Shown: positions 18,025 through 28,232 of the stretch, piece by piece
How positions within the stretch are numbered: position 1 is the stretch's first letter
How the letters are laid out: each line of letters opens with the position of its first letter
Assembly: GCA_020048985.1 (NCBI GenBank)
Contig: JAIFLR010000067.1
Coordinates: 2,875 to 66,874 of the forward strand
Origin: Halobacteriovorax sp.
Lineage (GTDB): Bacteria; Bdellovibrionota; Bacteriovoracia; Bacteriovoracales; Bacteriovoracaceae
Direction: 5' to 3'
Length of the DNA: 64,000 bases
Made by a program: the position numbers and the translations under genes
Notes under the pieces: generated by a model
Database searches by the model: none
Told to the model about the DNA's origin: nothing
What the model saw: the letters and a program-made list of their open reading frames with translations, nothing else

Positions 18025-18921
18025 ATGAAGAAAGTTTATATTTTAGCGTTGATGCTCTTAATGGGCCAGTCATCATGGGCCCAAATCCGTGAATTTCAAA
18101 CTTCTCGTCTTGTGTCGACCGCAGGTGCGGGAGTGGCCAGTGTGCTAAGCACGGAAGCGGCGATATTGAATCCTGCAACATCCACTTTTTTTGAAGGCTC
18201 AAGCTTCTCCTATCAACGATATACAACATCTTTACGCAACCAGAGCGAAGAACGTCAAACAGCCAATGATGACTTTCCAGGTCAGAATACCACTCAGGGT
18301 CTATTTATGGCCGACCATGACGGTCCAGTTAAGGGCGGCGTGGCGTATCTGAAGCAGGACGAAAATAATTATGAACGCGAACATATTATTACCCATGGCG
18401 CAGCACCCATAGGGGAATCTACGAGCATGGGACTTTCCTATCGATACCTTCAGGATATTCTTCCCAAGGGCTCTTCGAATCGCCACCAAAGCAGCCATCA
18501 ACTCACCGCTGGCCTGCTGCAAATTGTAGATGAAAAAACCGTAGTGGGTTTAGTTTTAGTAGACCCCACTCGTACCACTCCCAACGAAGAGCGCCTAATT
18601 GCTGGGCTTCAATACGCATTTGCCGACAAACTAACTCTCATTGCAGATATTGGGACCCAGTACACAGAAGATGTGAAGGATAAATACCTATGGCGTGGAG
18701 CTCTTCAGCTTCAGCTTTTTGATGATTTTTTCTTTAGGGCGGGAAAATTTTACGACAATATTCGTGGAACCAAGGGCTTTGGATGGGGTGCTGGATGGAT
18801 CGGTCCTCGACTTGGAGTGGAATTTGCACAAAGTTTATCAGATCAGTTTAGTGATAATTCTTATATTTATCACAACGAAACACTGGTAGATACTTCAATC
18901 TCGGCTATCATTAAGTTCTAA
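18025..18921 (+). CDS. outer-membrane beta-barrel protein, family unknown
   Basis: The internal ATG gives MKKVYILALMLLMGQSSWAQ as signal peptide. The protein ends ...SAIIKF. The track start 17830 would overlap galU on the opposite strand. Confidence 0.7.
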   Translation: MKKVYILALMLLMGQSSWAQIREFQTSRLVSTAGAGVASVLSTEAAILNPATSTFFEGSSFSYQRYTTSLRNQSEERQTANDDFPGQNTTQGLFMADHDGPVKGGVAYLKQDENNYEREHIITHGAAPIGESTSMGLSYRYLQDILPKGSSNRHQSSHQLTAGLLQIVDEKTVVGLVLVDPTRTTPNEERLIAGLQYAFADKLTLIADIGTQYTEDVKDKYLWRGALQLQLFDDFFFRAGKFYDNIRGTKGFGWGAGWIGPRLGVEFAQSLSDQFSDNSYIYHNETLVDTSISAIIKF

Positions 18922-18951
18922 GACATGACTTAAAATTTGATAAGCGAGCAT

Positions 18952-19680
18952 ATGGCGACATTCTCAGGTTCCGGTAAAGCAGCACGTGAAGAACGTGAAC
19001 GAATCATAAAACTCAAACACAAGTATGAGAACCGTATTACTATTGCCAAGTATGGCAAAGAATCCCTGGATGCTGGCGACTACGGCAACGCCTTAAAAAC
19101 ATTTCGTGAATATCTTTTTATCATGGCGGAAATCAAAGAAGTTAAAGACATCTATGAACTTAAAGTTCACATGTTTGATCCCAAAAGAGATCTAACCGAA
19201 ATGTTAATGATTAGTCACATTGTCTTTGAAATGGCACGCCTCTATGATGCTGTTCCAAAATTTCATCCTGATGCTCAAAGCTGTTTAAATTTATTTGTTC
19301 ATTTCACTGCTAATCAACCCTACCAAGTGGTTAATTCTGAAATGGTCAGAAAAACACTCAAAAGATCTAATTTTAAAAATCCTGATATGTTTCGCAATTC
19401 TTACCAGCAAATTTATGTTCAATCTAAGAAATGTTATATTGTTACTTTTTGTTTTGGAAATGAGCATCAGGTAACAGCTGATTGCAGGAAATTCAAGGAC
19501 TGGCTTCTTACCTTTAGCCTCGGCCAGGATCTCGTTCGCCATTATTATAACTGGTCTTCCAGGGCAGTTCCTTTCTGTGAAAAGAATCTTTTTTTACGAA
19601 AATTCACGATATCCTTTACTAAACCAGCACTACTATTGTTCTCAAAAACTCTTCTTCCAGTTATAATTAAAAAATGTTGA
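18952..19680 (+). CDS. hypothetical protein with conserved-looking Cys/YY C-terminal module
   Basis: ATG at 18952 (MATFSGSGK...). The C-terminal CYIVTFCFG...CRKFKDWLL...LVRHYYNWSS pattern is followed by a hydrophobic tail. Confidence 0.55.
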   Translation: MATFSGSGKAAREERERIIKLKHKYENRITIAKYGKESLDAGDYGNALKTFREYLFIMAEIKEVKDIYELKVHMFDPKRDLTEMLMISHIVFEMARLYDAVPKFHPDAQSCLNLFVHFTANQPYQVVNSEMVRKTLKRSNFKNPDMFRNSYQQIYVQSKKCYIVTFCFGNEHQVTADCRKFKDWLLTFSLGQDLVRHYYNWSSRAVPFCEKNLFLRKFTISFTKPALLLFSKTLLPVIIKKC

Positions 19681-20768
19681 TCCTATCTGGTTTGATTGTT
19701 AAAGAATGGTTTAAAAGCCTAATTGGCGCAGTCGTCGTCCTTTTCCTCCTTATTACAACAGCAGATTTAATTAATGGTTTTTTACAAGGTAAAGAAATTC
19801 AGCGTGTATTCCTTGAATATATTCTTAAAATGCCAGACCTTATGGGTAAAATGCTTCCCATTTGTTGTCTCGTTGCTACACTTTTCTCGCTTAACAAGTT
19901 GAAGGCACACTCAGAGCTCATATCAATTCTTGCGGCCGGATTTTCTTATCAGAAAATTTACATTCTGATTGGAACCTGCGCCTCAGTTGTGATGGCGATT
20001 CAGTTTTATAACCTGGGATTTTTAGAGCCAGCTGCCAATTCTGTTAAACGCCAAGAGATCCAAAAGAGTCGAATCTCCGAAGGGCGCTATTTGACAAGAA
20101 GCTCGATTGAGGGCGGTAAGTTTTGGTATAAGAGTCAGAACTATTTTGCTTCGTTCACCTACTTTGATCGCAAGCAGTCTCTGTTAAAAGATTTCGAAGT
20201 TTTTTATTTCAATGATGTCCATAAAAGTGAAAAGATCATTAAATCTGAGGCGGCTTTATTTAATCCAGCAGGGCATTGGACTCTTAAAAATGCCACGGAG
20301 ATCACGCTCCTCGACAGTCCCTCCTTCCCCCTTCAGATTTCTAAACCCGATCTAGTCATCCACTTGAAAGAGGTCCCTGAAGATTTTGGGGAATTTGAAG
20401 CAGACTTAACCACCCTGTCCTTCGTAAAACTCTATCAGTTTGTCTCAAGACTTTCTAAGACAGGTATTAATGTCAGTGAATACCAAATCATTCTGTTAAA
20501 TAAGGTATTCCTAAGTTTTATATGCCTTGTTTTTGGTCTTATTCCCGTCTCTTCAATTTTTAACCCCAACCGTAGATCGAGTTCATTTGGTAAGAATGTA
20601 ATACAAACCCTTCTGATTACCGTGGTTTTCTGGGTGCTTTACAGCTCATCAGTCGCTTTTGGAAAGGCGGGCGATGTATCTCCGTGGCTGGCGACCGGAA
20701 TAGTCCCATTTTGCTTCTTTAGTTTTGTGGTTTGGACCTATTTCAGGAATCGAAAACTCTCAATTTAA
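19674..20768 (+). CDS. LptF/LptG (YjgP/YjgQ) family LPS export permease
   Basis: 364 aa, multi-TM with a central periplasmic domain. The N-terminal pattern ...LPICCLVATLFSLNKLKAHSELISILAAGFS is typical of the family. Confidence 0.8.
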   Translation: MLILSGLIVKEWFKSLIGAVVVLFLLITTADLINGFLQGKEIQRVFLEYILKMPDLMGKMLPICCLVATLFSLNKLKAHSELISILAAGFSYQKIYILIGTCASVVMAIQFYNLGFLEPAANSVKRQEIQKSRISEGRYLTRSSIEGGKFWYKSQNYFASFTYFDRKQSLLKDFEVFYFNDVHKSEKIIKSEAALFNPAGHWTLKNATEITLLDSPSFPLQISKPDLVIHLKEVPEDFGEFEADLTTLSFVKLYQFVSRLSKTGINVSEYQIILLNKVFLSFICLVFGLIPVSSIFNPNRRSSSFGKNVIQTLLITVVFWVLYSSSVAFGKAGDVSPWLATGIVPFCFFSFVVWTYFRNRKLSI

Positions 20769-20798
20769 TTTCACTCACCCTTGTGCTATAAAAGCTTT

Positions 20799-21371
20799 AT
20801 GAATTTAGAAAAATATAAGCTTGAAGGTGAGCTTCTCTCAATATTCACCTATCCGGACGCTGTACTTTCACAGGTGGCCAAGCCCGTTACAGATTTTAAT
20901 AAGGATCTTAAACACTTAGTTAAGAATATGCTTTTTAGCATGTACCATGCCCCGGGGATTGGACTCGCTGCGCCTCAAATTGGCCATAGCATCCGCCTTT
21001 TTGTGCTAGACGTTGATTTTGACCGTGAAGAAGTGACAACCGCTTCCGGGAAGGAAGAATACCGCTGGTCCGGTTTCAATCCGATGGTTTTTATTAATCC
21101 CATCATCACTGGGACATCAGGGACATCCATTCACGAAGAGGGATGCCTTTCAGTGCCAGGAGTTTATGAGGATGTGAAACGGCATCAATCTGTGCACGTA
21201 AAGTTTCAGGATCTCGATGGTAACTTCCATGAACTAGAAGCGAGTGACATGTTGGCTATTTGTATCCAACACGAAAATGATCACTTGGATGGTATCGTTT
21301 TCATTGATCGCTTAAGTAACCTCAAAAAGAATTTCTATAAGAAGAAAATGATAAAAGAGAAAGTTCGATGA
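20799..21371 (+). CDS. def: peptide deformylase
   Basis: GIGLAAPQIG, EGCLSVPG and QHENDHLDG motifs. ATG 20799 is preferred over the TTG at 20781. Confidence 0.93.
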   Translation: MNLEKYKLEGELLSIFTYPDAVLSQVAKPVTDFNKDLKHLVKNMLFSMYHAPGIGLAAPQIGHSIRLFVLDVDFDREEVTTASGKEEYRWSGFNPMVFINPIITGTSGTSIHEEGCLSVPGVYEDVKRHQSVHVKFQDLDGNFHELEASDMLAICIQHENDHLDGIVFIDRLSNLKKNFYKKKMIKEKVR

Positions 21372-22306
21372 AAAAATTTAGGGTCGCGTTTTGTGGCACT
21401 CCTGATTTTGCCGTTCCTACTCTCGACTTATTGGCCAATCACCCTCATATCGACTTGCGATATATTATTTCAATGCCTGACCGCCCGGCCGGTCGAGGAA
21501 TGGAACTTAAATCTCCTGAGGTCATTGAGTACGCCAAAGCAAAAAAACTCAATTATTTCCAAACCGAAAATATTAATAAAGAACCTGGCTTTTTAGAGAA
21601 ACTAAAATCTGAAGAACTTGATTTTGTTGTGGTTCTGGCTTTTGCCCAGTTTCTCGGGACAGAAATGCTTAATATAGGAAAAATGGGATGTTTTAACATT
21701 CATACTTCCATTTTACCTAAGTATCGGGGAGCTGCTCCCATACAATATGCACTTCTAAATGGTGACACAGAAACCGGTGTCTCCATCCAGAAGATGGTAA
21801 AAAAAATGGATGCAGGTGACCTGGTTCATTTTGCAACGGTTTCTATTACACCAACTGAAAATGGTGGTCAGCTCTACACGAGATTGAAATACCAAGCCGC
21901 TCTTGCGATGAATGACCTGATTGTTAAAATTCTGAATAATCAAGTTACCTATACCGTTCAGGATGAATCTAACGTTTCTTTTGCACCAACATTAAAAAAA
22001 GAAGATGGACTGCTTAAATTTTCAACCAAAACAACGAATGAAATTTTAAACCTCATACGTGCCCTCGATCCTTGGCCTGGAACCTATTGCTTCTTAAATG
22101 GTAAGCGTTTGAAAGTTCTCTTGGCCGAAGCCTACCATTCCAAAGTAGCACCAGGAGTGGCCAAAAACGATATGGGCTCTCTTATTGTAGGCTGCCTGAA
22201 CGGAAGTTTGCGCCTCAGCGAAATCCAGCTCGAAGGAAAAAAAGCCTGCTCTGATAGAGAACTTTTAAATGGAATTAAAACTGAAATTATTATTAGCGAA
22301 CGCTAA
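21368..22306 (+). CDS. fmt: methionyl-tRNA formyltransferase
   Basis: FCGTPDFAVPTL, HTSILPKYRGAAPIQ. 4-nt overlap with def. Confidence 0.93.
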   Translation: MKKFRVAFCGTPDFAVPTLDLLANHPHIDLRYIISMPDRPAGRGMELKSPEVIEYAKAKKLNYFQTENINKEPGFLEKLKSEELDFVVVLAFAQFLGTEMLNIGKMGCFNIHTSILPKYRGAAPIQYALLNGDTETGVSIQKMVKKMDAGDLVHFATVSITPTENGGQLYTRLKYQAALAMNDLIVKILNNQVTYTVQDESNVSFAPTLKKEDGLLKFSTKTTNEILNLIRALDPWPGTYCFLNGKRLKVLLAEAYHSKVAPGVAKNDMGSLIVGCLNGSLRLSEIQLEGKKACSDRELLNGIKTEIIISER

Positions 22307-22314
22307 GGATTCCT

Positions 22315-22968
22315 ATGTCGATTATCATTTCACCAAGTTTACTTTCTGTTGATTTTCTTGATCTCAAAACTGAATTAGAGCGTTTAAATAGCGTTGATGA
22401 TCTTTGGCTTCATCTAGATGTGATGGATGGCCATTTTGTTCCCAATCTCACATTTGGAGAACCAGTTCTCAATAAAATTCAAACGATCTCTAAGCACAAA
22501 CTTGATGCTCATTTTATGGTAACCAATCCCGAATTCTACGTGGAGAGCTTTAAAAAAGTGGGTCTACATAATTTTACTTATCATTGGGAAGCAGTTTCTC
22601 AACATGAAGAACTCATTGCTAAAATTAAAATGACCTATCCGTCTGCAGGAATTTCACTTAAACCCAATACACCCATTTCTGTTCTCCCTCTTTCTATTTT
22701 AAGTAAAATTGACGTCATTCTTATTATGAGTGTGGAGCCGGGGTTCGGTGGACAAAAGTTCATGCCAGAATCAATTGATAAAATAATCGCCCTGGATCAA
22801 ATCCGTCATGAAAATAAACTTCAATTTCAAATTCAAGTCGATGGTGGGATCAGTGATGCCAATGCAGGTTATCTAATCCAGGCCGGTGCCAATAACCTGG
22901 TGGCTGGATCTTATATTTTTTCTGAACCCAATAAAGATTACGCTCAAAGAATTAATAAAATTCGCTAA
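22315..22968 (+). CDS. rpe: ribulose-phosphate 3-epimerase
   Basis: SLLSVDF...HLDVMDGHFVPNLTFG...MSVEPGFGGQKF. Confidence 0.93.
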   Translation: MSIIISPSLLSVDFLDLKTELERLNSVDDLWLHLDVMDGHFVPNLTFGEPVLNKIQTISKHKLDAHFMVTNPEFYVESFKKVGLHNFTYHWEAVSQHEELIAKIKMTYPSAGISLKPNTPISVLPLSILSKIDVILIMSVEPGFGGQKFMPESIDKIIALDQIRHENKLQFQIQVDGGISDANAGYLIQAGANNLVAGSYIFSEPNKDYAQRINKIR

Positions 22969-22979
22969 GGCCCAAAAAC

Positions 22980-24521
22980 ATGACTAAAACTTATCAACTC
23001 ACAGGCACCAATATTACCCTCGAAGATGTGGCCTTAATCGCCAACGCTCGTCCGGGAGAAGTGAAGCTTGAAATTCATCCTGACTCTTTAATAAAAATGA
23101 GAAAATCGCGCCAAGTGATTTTGGATATTGTTAAAAAAGGCAAGCCTGTTTACGGAATCAACACCGGCTTTGGCGCTTTGGCCTCAAAACAAATCGCAAA
23201 CGAAGATTTGGGTCAGCTTCAATATAATCTTATCAGATCTCATTGCACTGGAGTGGGTAAACCCTTTTCCAGAGAAGTGACTCGCGCCATTATCCTCTCG
23301 CGCGCCAATTGCCTCATCCAGGGTTTTTCAGGAGTGACTCCTGAGACCATTGAGCTCCTTTTAGAATTCATTAATCACAATATTAACCCTGTGATTCCTG
23401 AAAAAGGATCTGTCGGAGCTTCTGGCGACCTGGCCCCTTTGTCTCATATTGCTCTCGCATTAATTGGTGAAGGTGAAGTGGAGTATGAGGGAAAAATTGT
23501 TAAATCTGATTTCGCCATCCATGATGCCGGTCTTAAGCCAGCCGTTCTTGGCCCCAAAGATGGTCTTGCACTTATTAACGGAACTTCTGTCATGCTGGCC
23601 TTGGGTGCCTTGGCATTATTTGAAGCTAAAAAATTAGTAAAGCTTGCCGATATTATTTCTTGCTTAACTTTAGATGCCGTACGTGGAACCGCCACTGCCT
23701 TTGATGCAAGAATCTCTCAACTCAAGCCGCAGCCAGGTCAAGTGGATGTATCTTATAACTTACTCAAAATTATTACGGGCTCTGAAATCAATTTATCTCA
23801 TAAAGATGATGGAAAAGTTCAAGATCCCTACTCCCTTCGCTGTATTCCCCAAGTTCACGGGGCTTGCCGACAAACCCTCAGACACTCGGAAGAAGTGCTC
23901 TCAATTGAATTAAACTCTGTGACCGATAACCCACTTGTCTTCATAGAGACTGGTGACGTTGTCTCCGGAGGAAACTTTCACGGGGAAGCACTGGCCTTAA
24001 CCATGGATTACCTGGCGATGGGTCTGGCCGAAATCTGCAACATCGCCGAGCGAAGAGTTGAAAAAATGATGAACCCTCATTTTTCTGATCTTCCAGCTTT
24101 TTTAACTAAAAACTCTGGTCTCAACTCAGGCCTGATGATTGCCCATGTAACCATGGCGGCACTGGCTTCAGAAAATAAATATCTCTGTCATCCGGCTTCA
24201 GTTGACTCTATTCCGACCTCCACAGACAAAGAGGATCACGTTTCAATGGGAGTGACGTCGGGCCGAAAACTGCACGAAGTTGTCTCAAACGTTCAGCACT
24301 GTCTGGCAATTGAACTTCTCTGTAATACTCAGGGAATTGAATTTCTTCGCCCGATGAAGACCTCTCCTGCACTTGAGAAGGTTTATACTTTGGTTCGAAA
24401 ACACGTTCAACCAATTGAGGATGATCGTGTTTTCCATAAAGATATTGAAAACCTCACTCGGTTAGTAAAAACAGATGAAATAATTAAAGAAGTTGAATCC
24501 ATTACTGGAGAATTAAAATGA
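22980..24521 (+). CDS. hutH: histidine ammonia-lyase
   Basis: [14 protein letters not shown] (MIO-forming ASG triad). Confidence 0.93.
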   Translation: MTKTYQLTGTNITLEDVALIANARPGEVKLEIHPDSLIKMRKSRQVILDIVKKGKPVYGINTGFGALASKQIANEDLGQLQYNLIRSHCTGVGKPFSREVTRAIILSRANCLIQGFSGVTPETIELLLEFINHNINPVIPEKGSVGASGDLAPLSHIALALIGEGEVEYEGKIVKSDFAIHDAGLKPAVLGPKDGLALINGTSVMLALGALALFEAKKLVKLADIISCLTLDAVRGTATAFDARISQLKPQPGQVDVSYNLLKIITGSEINLSHKDDGKVQDPYSLRCIPQVHGACRQTLRHSEEVLSIELNSVTDNPLVFIETGDVVSGGNFHGEALALTMDYLAMGLAEICNIAERRVEKMMNPHFSDLPAFLTKNSGLNSGLMIAHVTMAALASENKYLCHPASVDSIPTSTDKEDHVSMGVTSGRKLHEVVSNVQHCLAIELLCNTQGIEFLRPMKTSPALEKVYTLVRKHVQPIEDDRVFHKDIENLTRLVKTDEIIKEVESITGELK

Positions 24522-26179
24522 GCAATATCCCTCTGCCTCCAACCGGCGATAAACTTACCTGTAAAGGCTGGCATCAAGAAGCAGCTCTTCGTTGTTTATT
24601 AAATAATCTCCATCCAGATGTTGCTGAAGACCGTGATGAATTAATTGTTTATGGTGGAAATGGACAAGCCGCGAGAAATCATAAAGCACTAAATGATTTG
24701 ATTACTTCTCTTCAAAATCTAGAAAATAATGAAACTCTGATTGTTCAGTCCGGTAAGCCGGTTGCTATTTTTCCAAGTAACCCACAAGGACCTAGGGTCC
24801 TTATTGCCAATTCAAACCTTGTTCCTAAGTGGGCGACGTGGGATCACTTCAATAAATTGAAAGATGAAGGTTTAATGATGTATGGCCAGATGACGGCCGG
24901 CTCATGGATCTATATTGGCTCCCAAGGTATCATTCAGGGCACCTATGAAACATTCATGGCAGCTGCCCGCAAGCACTACGGCGAAAACGCTACACTCAAA
25001 GGCAAGCTTGTACTGACTGCCGGCATCGGTGGCATGGGAGGAGCTCAGCCTCTCGCTGTTAAAATGGCCGATGGTGTATGTCTTTGCTGCGATGTGGACC
25101 TCACTCGTATTGAAAAGCGCCTTAAAACAAAGTACCTCGATGTCTTAGCAAAAGATTTTTCAGAGGCGCTTCATCTTGCTCAGGAAGCCAAAAAAAATAA
25201 CGAAGCCCTAACTGTTGGTGTCGTTGGTAACGCTGTTGATTTTTTTGAATTTGTTCTAGATCAAGGAGTCATTCCTGATTTAGTGACTGACCAAACTTCG
25301 GCCCATGATCCACTTAATGGATATGTTCCAGCGGGCATGACTTTAGCTGAAGCTCTTGATTTAAGAAAATCTGACCCTGCCAAATACACCGAATATTCTT
25401 ATGCCAGTATGGCCCAACACGTGCGCATCATGATTGCCTTTAAAAAGAAGGGCTCTCATGTTTTTGATTACGGAAATAATCTTCGCGCTGGCGCTGAGTT
25501 AGCAGGAGTTAAAGACGCATTTAGTTTTCCTGGATTTGTCCCCGCCTATATTAGACCTCTTTTCTGCGAGGGCTCAGGTCCTTTCCGCTGGGTCGCCCTC
25601 TCAGGTGATCCAGATGATATCAGAGTCACAGACGAAGCCCTAAAAGAACTCTTCCCTGAAAATAAATCAATGCTTAACTGGCTGGATAAAGCTCAGAAAA
25701 TGATCAAGTTCCAGGGCCTTCCTGCACGTATCTGTTGGTTAAAGTACGGGGACCGCGAAAAAGCTGCTCTTCTGTTAAATAAGCTTGTGCGCGAGAAAAA
25801 AGTGAAGGCTCCTATTGTTATTGGCCGTGATCATCTTGACTGCGGCTCAGTAGCTAGCCCGAACCGCGAAACTGAAAGCATGAAAGACGGCTCAGATGCC
25901 GTTTCAGACTGGCCACTATTGAACGCCATGATCAATATCAATAATGGCGCTAGCTGGATCTCTCTTCATCACGGTGGTGGTGTTGGTATGGGTTATTCGC
26001 AACACTCGGGCATGGTGATTGTGTGTGACGGAACTCCAGAAATGGATATCAGGCTTTCTCGTGTCCTTAATTCAGATTCTGGAATGGGGATTGTGCGACA
26101 TGCTGATGCTGGCTATGACATAGCGATAGATATCGCTAAAAAACCAGAAACCAAGATAAAGTTCCCTTCACTTACATGA
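24518..26179 (+). CDS. hutU: urocanate hydratase
   Basis: 553 aa with [10 protein letters not shown] and [13 protein letters not shown] motifs. ATGA overlap with hutH. Confidence 0.95.
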   Translation: MSNIPLPPTGDKLTCKGWHQEAALRCLLNNLHPDVAEDRDELIVYGGNGQAARNHKALNDLITSLQNLENNETLIVQSGKPVAIFPSNPQGPRVLIANSNLVPKWATWDHFNKLKDEGLMMYGQMTAGSWIYIGSQGIIQGTYETFMAAARKHYGENATLKGKLVLTAGIGGMGGAQPLAVKMADGVCLCCDVDLTRIEKRLKTKYLDVLAKDFSEALHLAQEAKKNNEALTVGVVGNAVDFFEFVLDQGVIPDLVTDQTSAHDPLNGYVPAGMTLAEALDLRKSDPAKYTEYSYASMAQHVRIMIAFKKKGSHVFDYGNNLRAGAELAGVKDAFSFPGFVPAYIRPLFCEGSGPFRWVALSGDPDDIRVTDEALKELFPENKSMLNWLDKAQKMIKFQGLPARICWLKYGDREKAALLLNKLVREKKVKAPIVIGRDHLDCGSVASPNRETESMKDGSDAVSDWPLLNAMININNGASWISLHHGGGVGMGYSQHSGMVIVCDGTPEMDIRLSRVLNSDSGMGIVRHADAGYDIAIDIAKKPETKIKFPSLT

Positions 26180-27390
26180 AAATTTATACCGACCTGAATG
26201 AGATTATCACTCTTCAGAGTGCCCACTTAAAAGATGGAAGAAAACTTAAACCAGAAGATTTAAGTACCATTAAAGATGGAGCAATCATCTTTGACGATAG
26301 CCATATCATTTGGGTAGGTAGAAAAAAAGAAATTCCTGCAGAATATAAGTCACTTCCTTCCCATTCACTCAAGGGACATATTCTGACTCCAGAAATGGTT
26401 GATTCTCATACCCATATTGTTTTCGGCGGCGATCGGTCGCAAGAATATGCTGACCGCTTAAATGGGACTCCTTACGAAGAAATAGCCAAGCGTGGCGGAG
26501 GCATTCTTTTCACCATGAAAGAGACGCAAAATTCTTCGGCTGAAGAGTTATTCCAATCTGCCAGCCATAGAATTGAATGCTTAAAGTCTTACGGTATTGG
26601 GACCATTGAAATAAAATCTGGTTACGGATTAGACTATGAAAAAGAAAAAGAAATTTCACTAGTCATAGACCGCTTGAAAAAGCGATTTTCATCCACAGTT
26701 CAGATTTTTAATACCTATCTCGCCGCTCATGATGTTCCCAGAAATTTTAAATCATCCACGGAATATCTTGAACAGGTTGTTCTGCCTCTTCTTAAAGAGC
26801 TGGCCCCTTTAAATATTATTGATGCGGTTGATATATTTCACGAAAAAAACTACTTCACTGAAGAAGATGCGACAAAGCTCTTTTTATTGGCGCAAATTTT
26901 AAACATTCCTCGCAAAATCCACGCTGACGAACTGAATACCAATGGCGGTGCGGAGCTAGCAGCTTCATTCAATGCCTTGAGTGCTGATCATTTACTCAAG
27001 ATCTCTGATAAAGGAATTGCGGCACTGGTTGATACATCCACCATCGGCACCTTGCTTCCTGGTACAGCTTTCTTTCTAGGTAAACCACTGGCACCAGCGC
27101 GAAAGATGCTCGATGCTGGAGTAAAGGTCGCCATTGCTTCTGATTACAATCCAGGCTCTTGCCACTGCGATAACCTGCTTTTGATTGCCTCAATTTCAGC
27201 GGCCCAGTTGAAACTTAACCAAGCCGAATTATGGTGTGGCATAACTCTCAATGCTGCCCACTCATTAGGCCTGTTAAATCAAGGTGTGTTAATACCTGGC
27301 ATGAAGCCTCGCTTTTCGTTATTCAAAGCAGATTCACTTTCTCAGATTACTTATAATTGGGGAAAAAACTTTGCGATTAGTCTGCCTTAA
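26176..27390 (+). CDS. hutI: imidazolonepropionase
   Basis: Amidohydrolase HTH metal motif ([10 protein letters not shown]), ...IHADEL..., SDYNPGS. ATGA overlap with hutU. Confidence 0.92.
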   Translation: MKIYTDLNEIITLQSAHLKDGRKLKPEDLSTIKDGAIIFDDSHIIWVGRKKEIPAEYKSLPSHSLKGHILTPEMVDSHTHIVFGGDRSQEYADRLNGTPYEEIAKRGGGILFTMKETQNSSAEELFQSASHRIECLKSYGIGTIEIKSGYGLDYEKEKEISLVIDRLKKRFSSTVQIFNTYLAAHDVPRNFKSSTEYLEQVVLPLLKELAPLNIIDAVDIFHEKNYFTEEDATKLFLLAQILNIPRKIHADELNTNGGAELAASFNALSADHLLKISDKGIAALVDTSTIGTLLPGTAFFLGKPLAPARKMLDAGVKVAIASDYNPGSCHCDNLLLIASISAAQLKLNQAELWCGITLNAAHSLGLLNQGVLIPGMKPRFSLFKADSLSQITYNWGKNFAISLP

Positions 27391-27946
27391 GTGCAGATTC
27401 AATAGTTGAAATGAAATTCTCATCCATAAAGTTATGAATCTTTTTGCTCACAAAGATCACTTTTCCTTTTTGGAAAACAATTGAAACAGGATATGTCGCG
27501 ACCAAAAACTGATTGGCGATTCGGCTATCAGCATCGGTAGCAGATTCAAAATTAAGTTTGTATTTGCCTTCAGTTTTTTTAACCACTTCAAGCGGGTTCT
27601 CTTCGTCGCCGTTAAGACCAATGACCTTAACCTGGCCCTTGAATTTCTCTTGAAACTTAACCAGACTCGGGAATTCCTTCAGGCAGGGTACACACCAAGA
27701 TGCCCAGAAATTAAGCAGAACGATGGGCTCTTTGACATTCTTGAGCTCAATGCTCGTATTATTAGTTGTAGTTAATTTAAGGCCTTGGAAAGCTGCCTCA
27801 TAAACTGAGTGCTTTTGTTTATCCTGATCTACTTGTTCGGCGTTAAGATGGAACGTATCCCATAGAATTTGTGTGGAAAGAAAGCCACTAAATGCCATAA
27901 TAAACAGGAGGACGGGGATATATTTTTTCATAGGTCTTTTAACCAT
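27377..27946 (-). CDS. TlpA-family periplasmic thiol:disulfide oxidoreductase
   Basis: N-terminal membrane anchor and LLNFWASWCVPC thioredoxin CxxC motif. Confidence 0.8.
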   Translation of the reverse strand: MVKRPMKKYIPVLLFIMAFSGFLSTQILWDTFHLNAEQVDQDKQKHSVYEAAFQGLKLTTTNNTSIELKNVKEPIVLLNFWASWCVPCLKEFPSLVKFQEKFKGQVKVIGLNGDEENPLEVVKKTEGKYKLNFESATDADSRIANQFLVATYPVSIVFQKGKVIFVSKKIHNFMDENFISTIESALKAD

Positions 27947-28031
27947 AATAAGGCCAAGTATAGCCCACTTTTTTTGATTTATGAAGCCATGGAATAGACT
28001 GCCTTTAATTAAGCTCGCCTGTCGTCGCTGG

Positions 28032-28211
28032 ATGAACCAGAAGGGACAGACTTTAGTGGAATTTGTTCTGCTGCTGGCCGTGGTCTCCTCTTTATCTTAT
28101 GGATTTGTTTCGATCATGAACAAAAACATAGGCGCCTATTGGGAGCACTGTGTGAATCTGGTGATTAATGACGGAAACCCTGACTTACCAAAACAAGCTA
28201 AAATAGAATAA
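28032..28211 (+). CDS. small Flp/type-IV-prepilin-like protein (orphan)
   Basis: MNQKG|QTLVEFVLLLAVVSSL shows a G at the cleavage site, E at +5 and a hydrophobic helix. The track ORF starts earlier, at 27981. Short ORF, so uncertain. Confidence 0.4.
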   Translation: MNQKGQTLVEFVLLLAVVSSLSYGFVSIMNKNIGAYWEHCVNLVINDGNPDLPKQAKIE

Positions 28212-28232
28212 TTTTTGAAACAAGGATGATTC

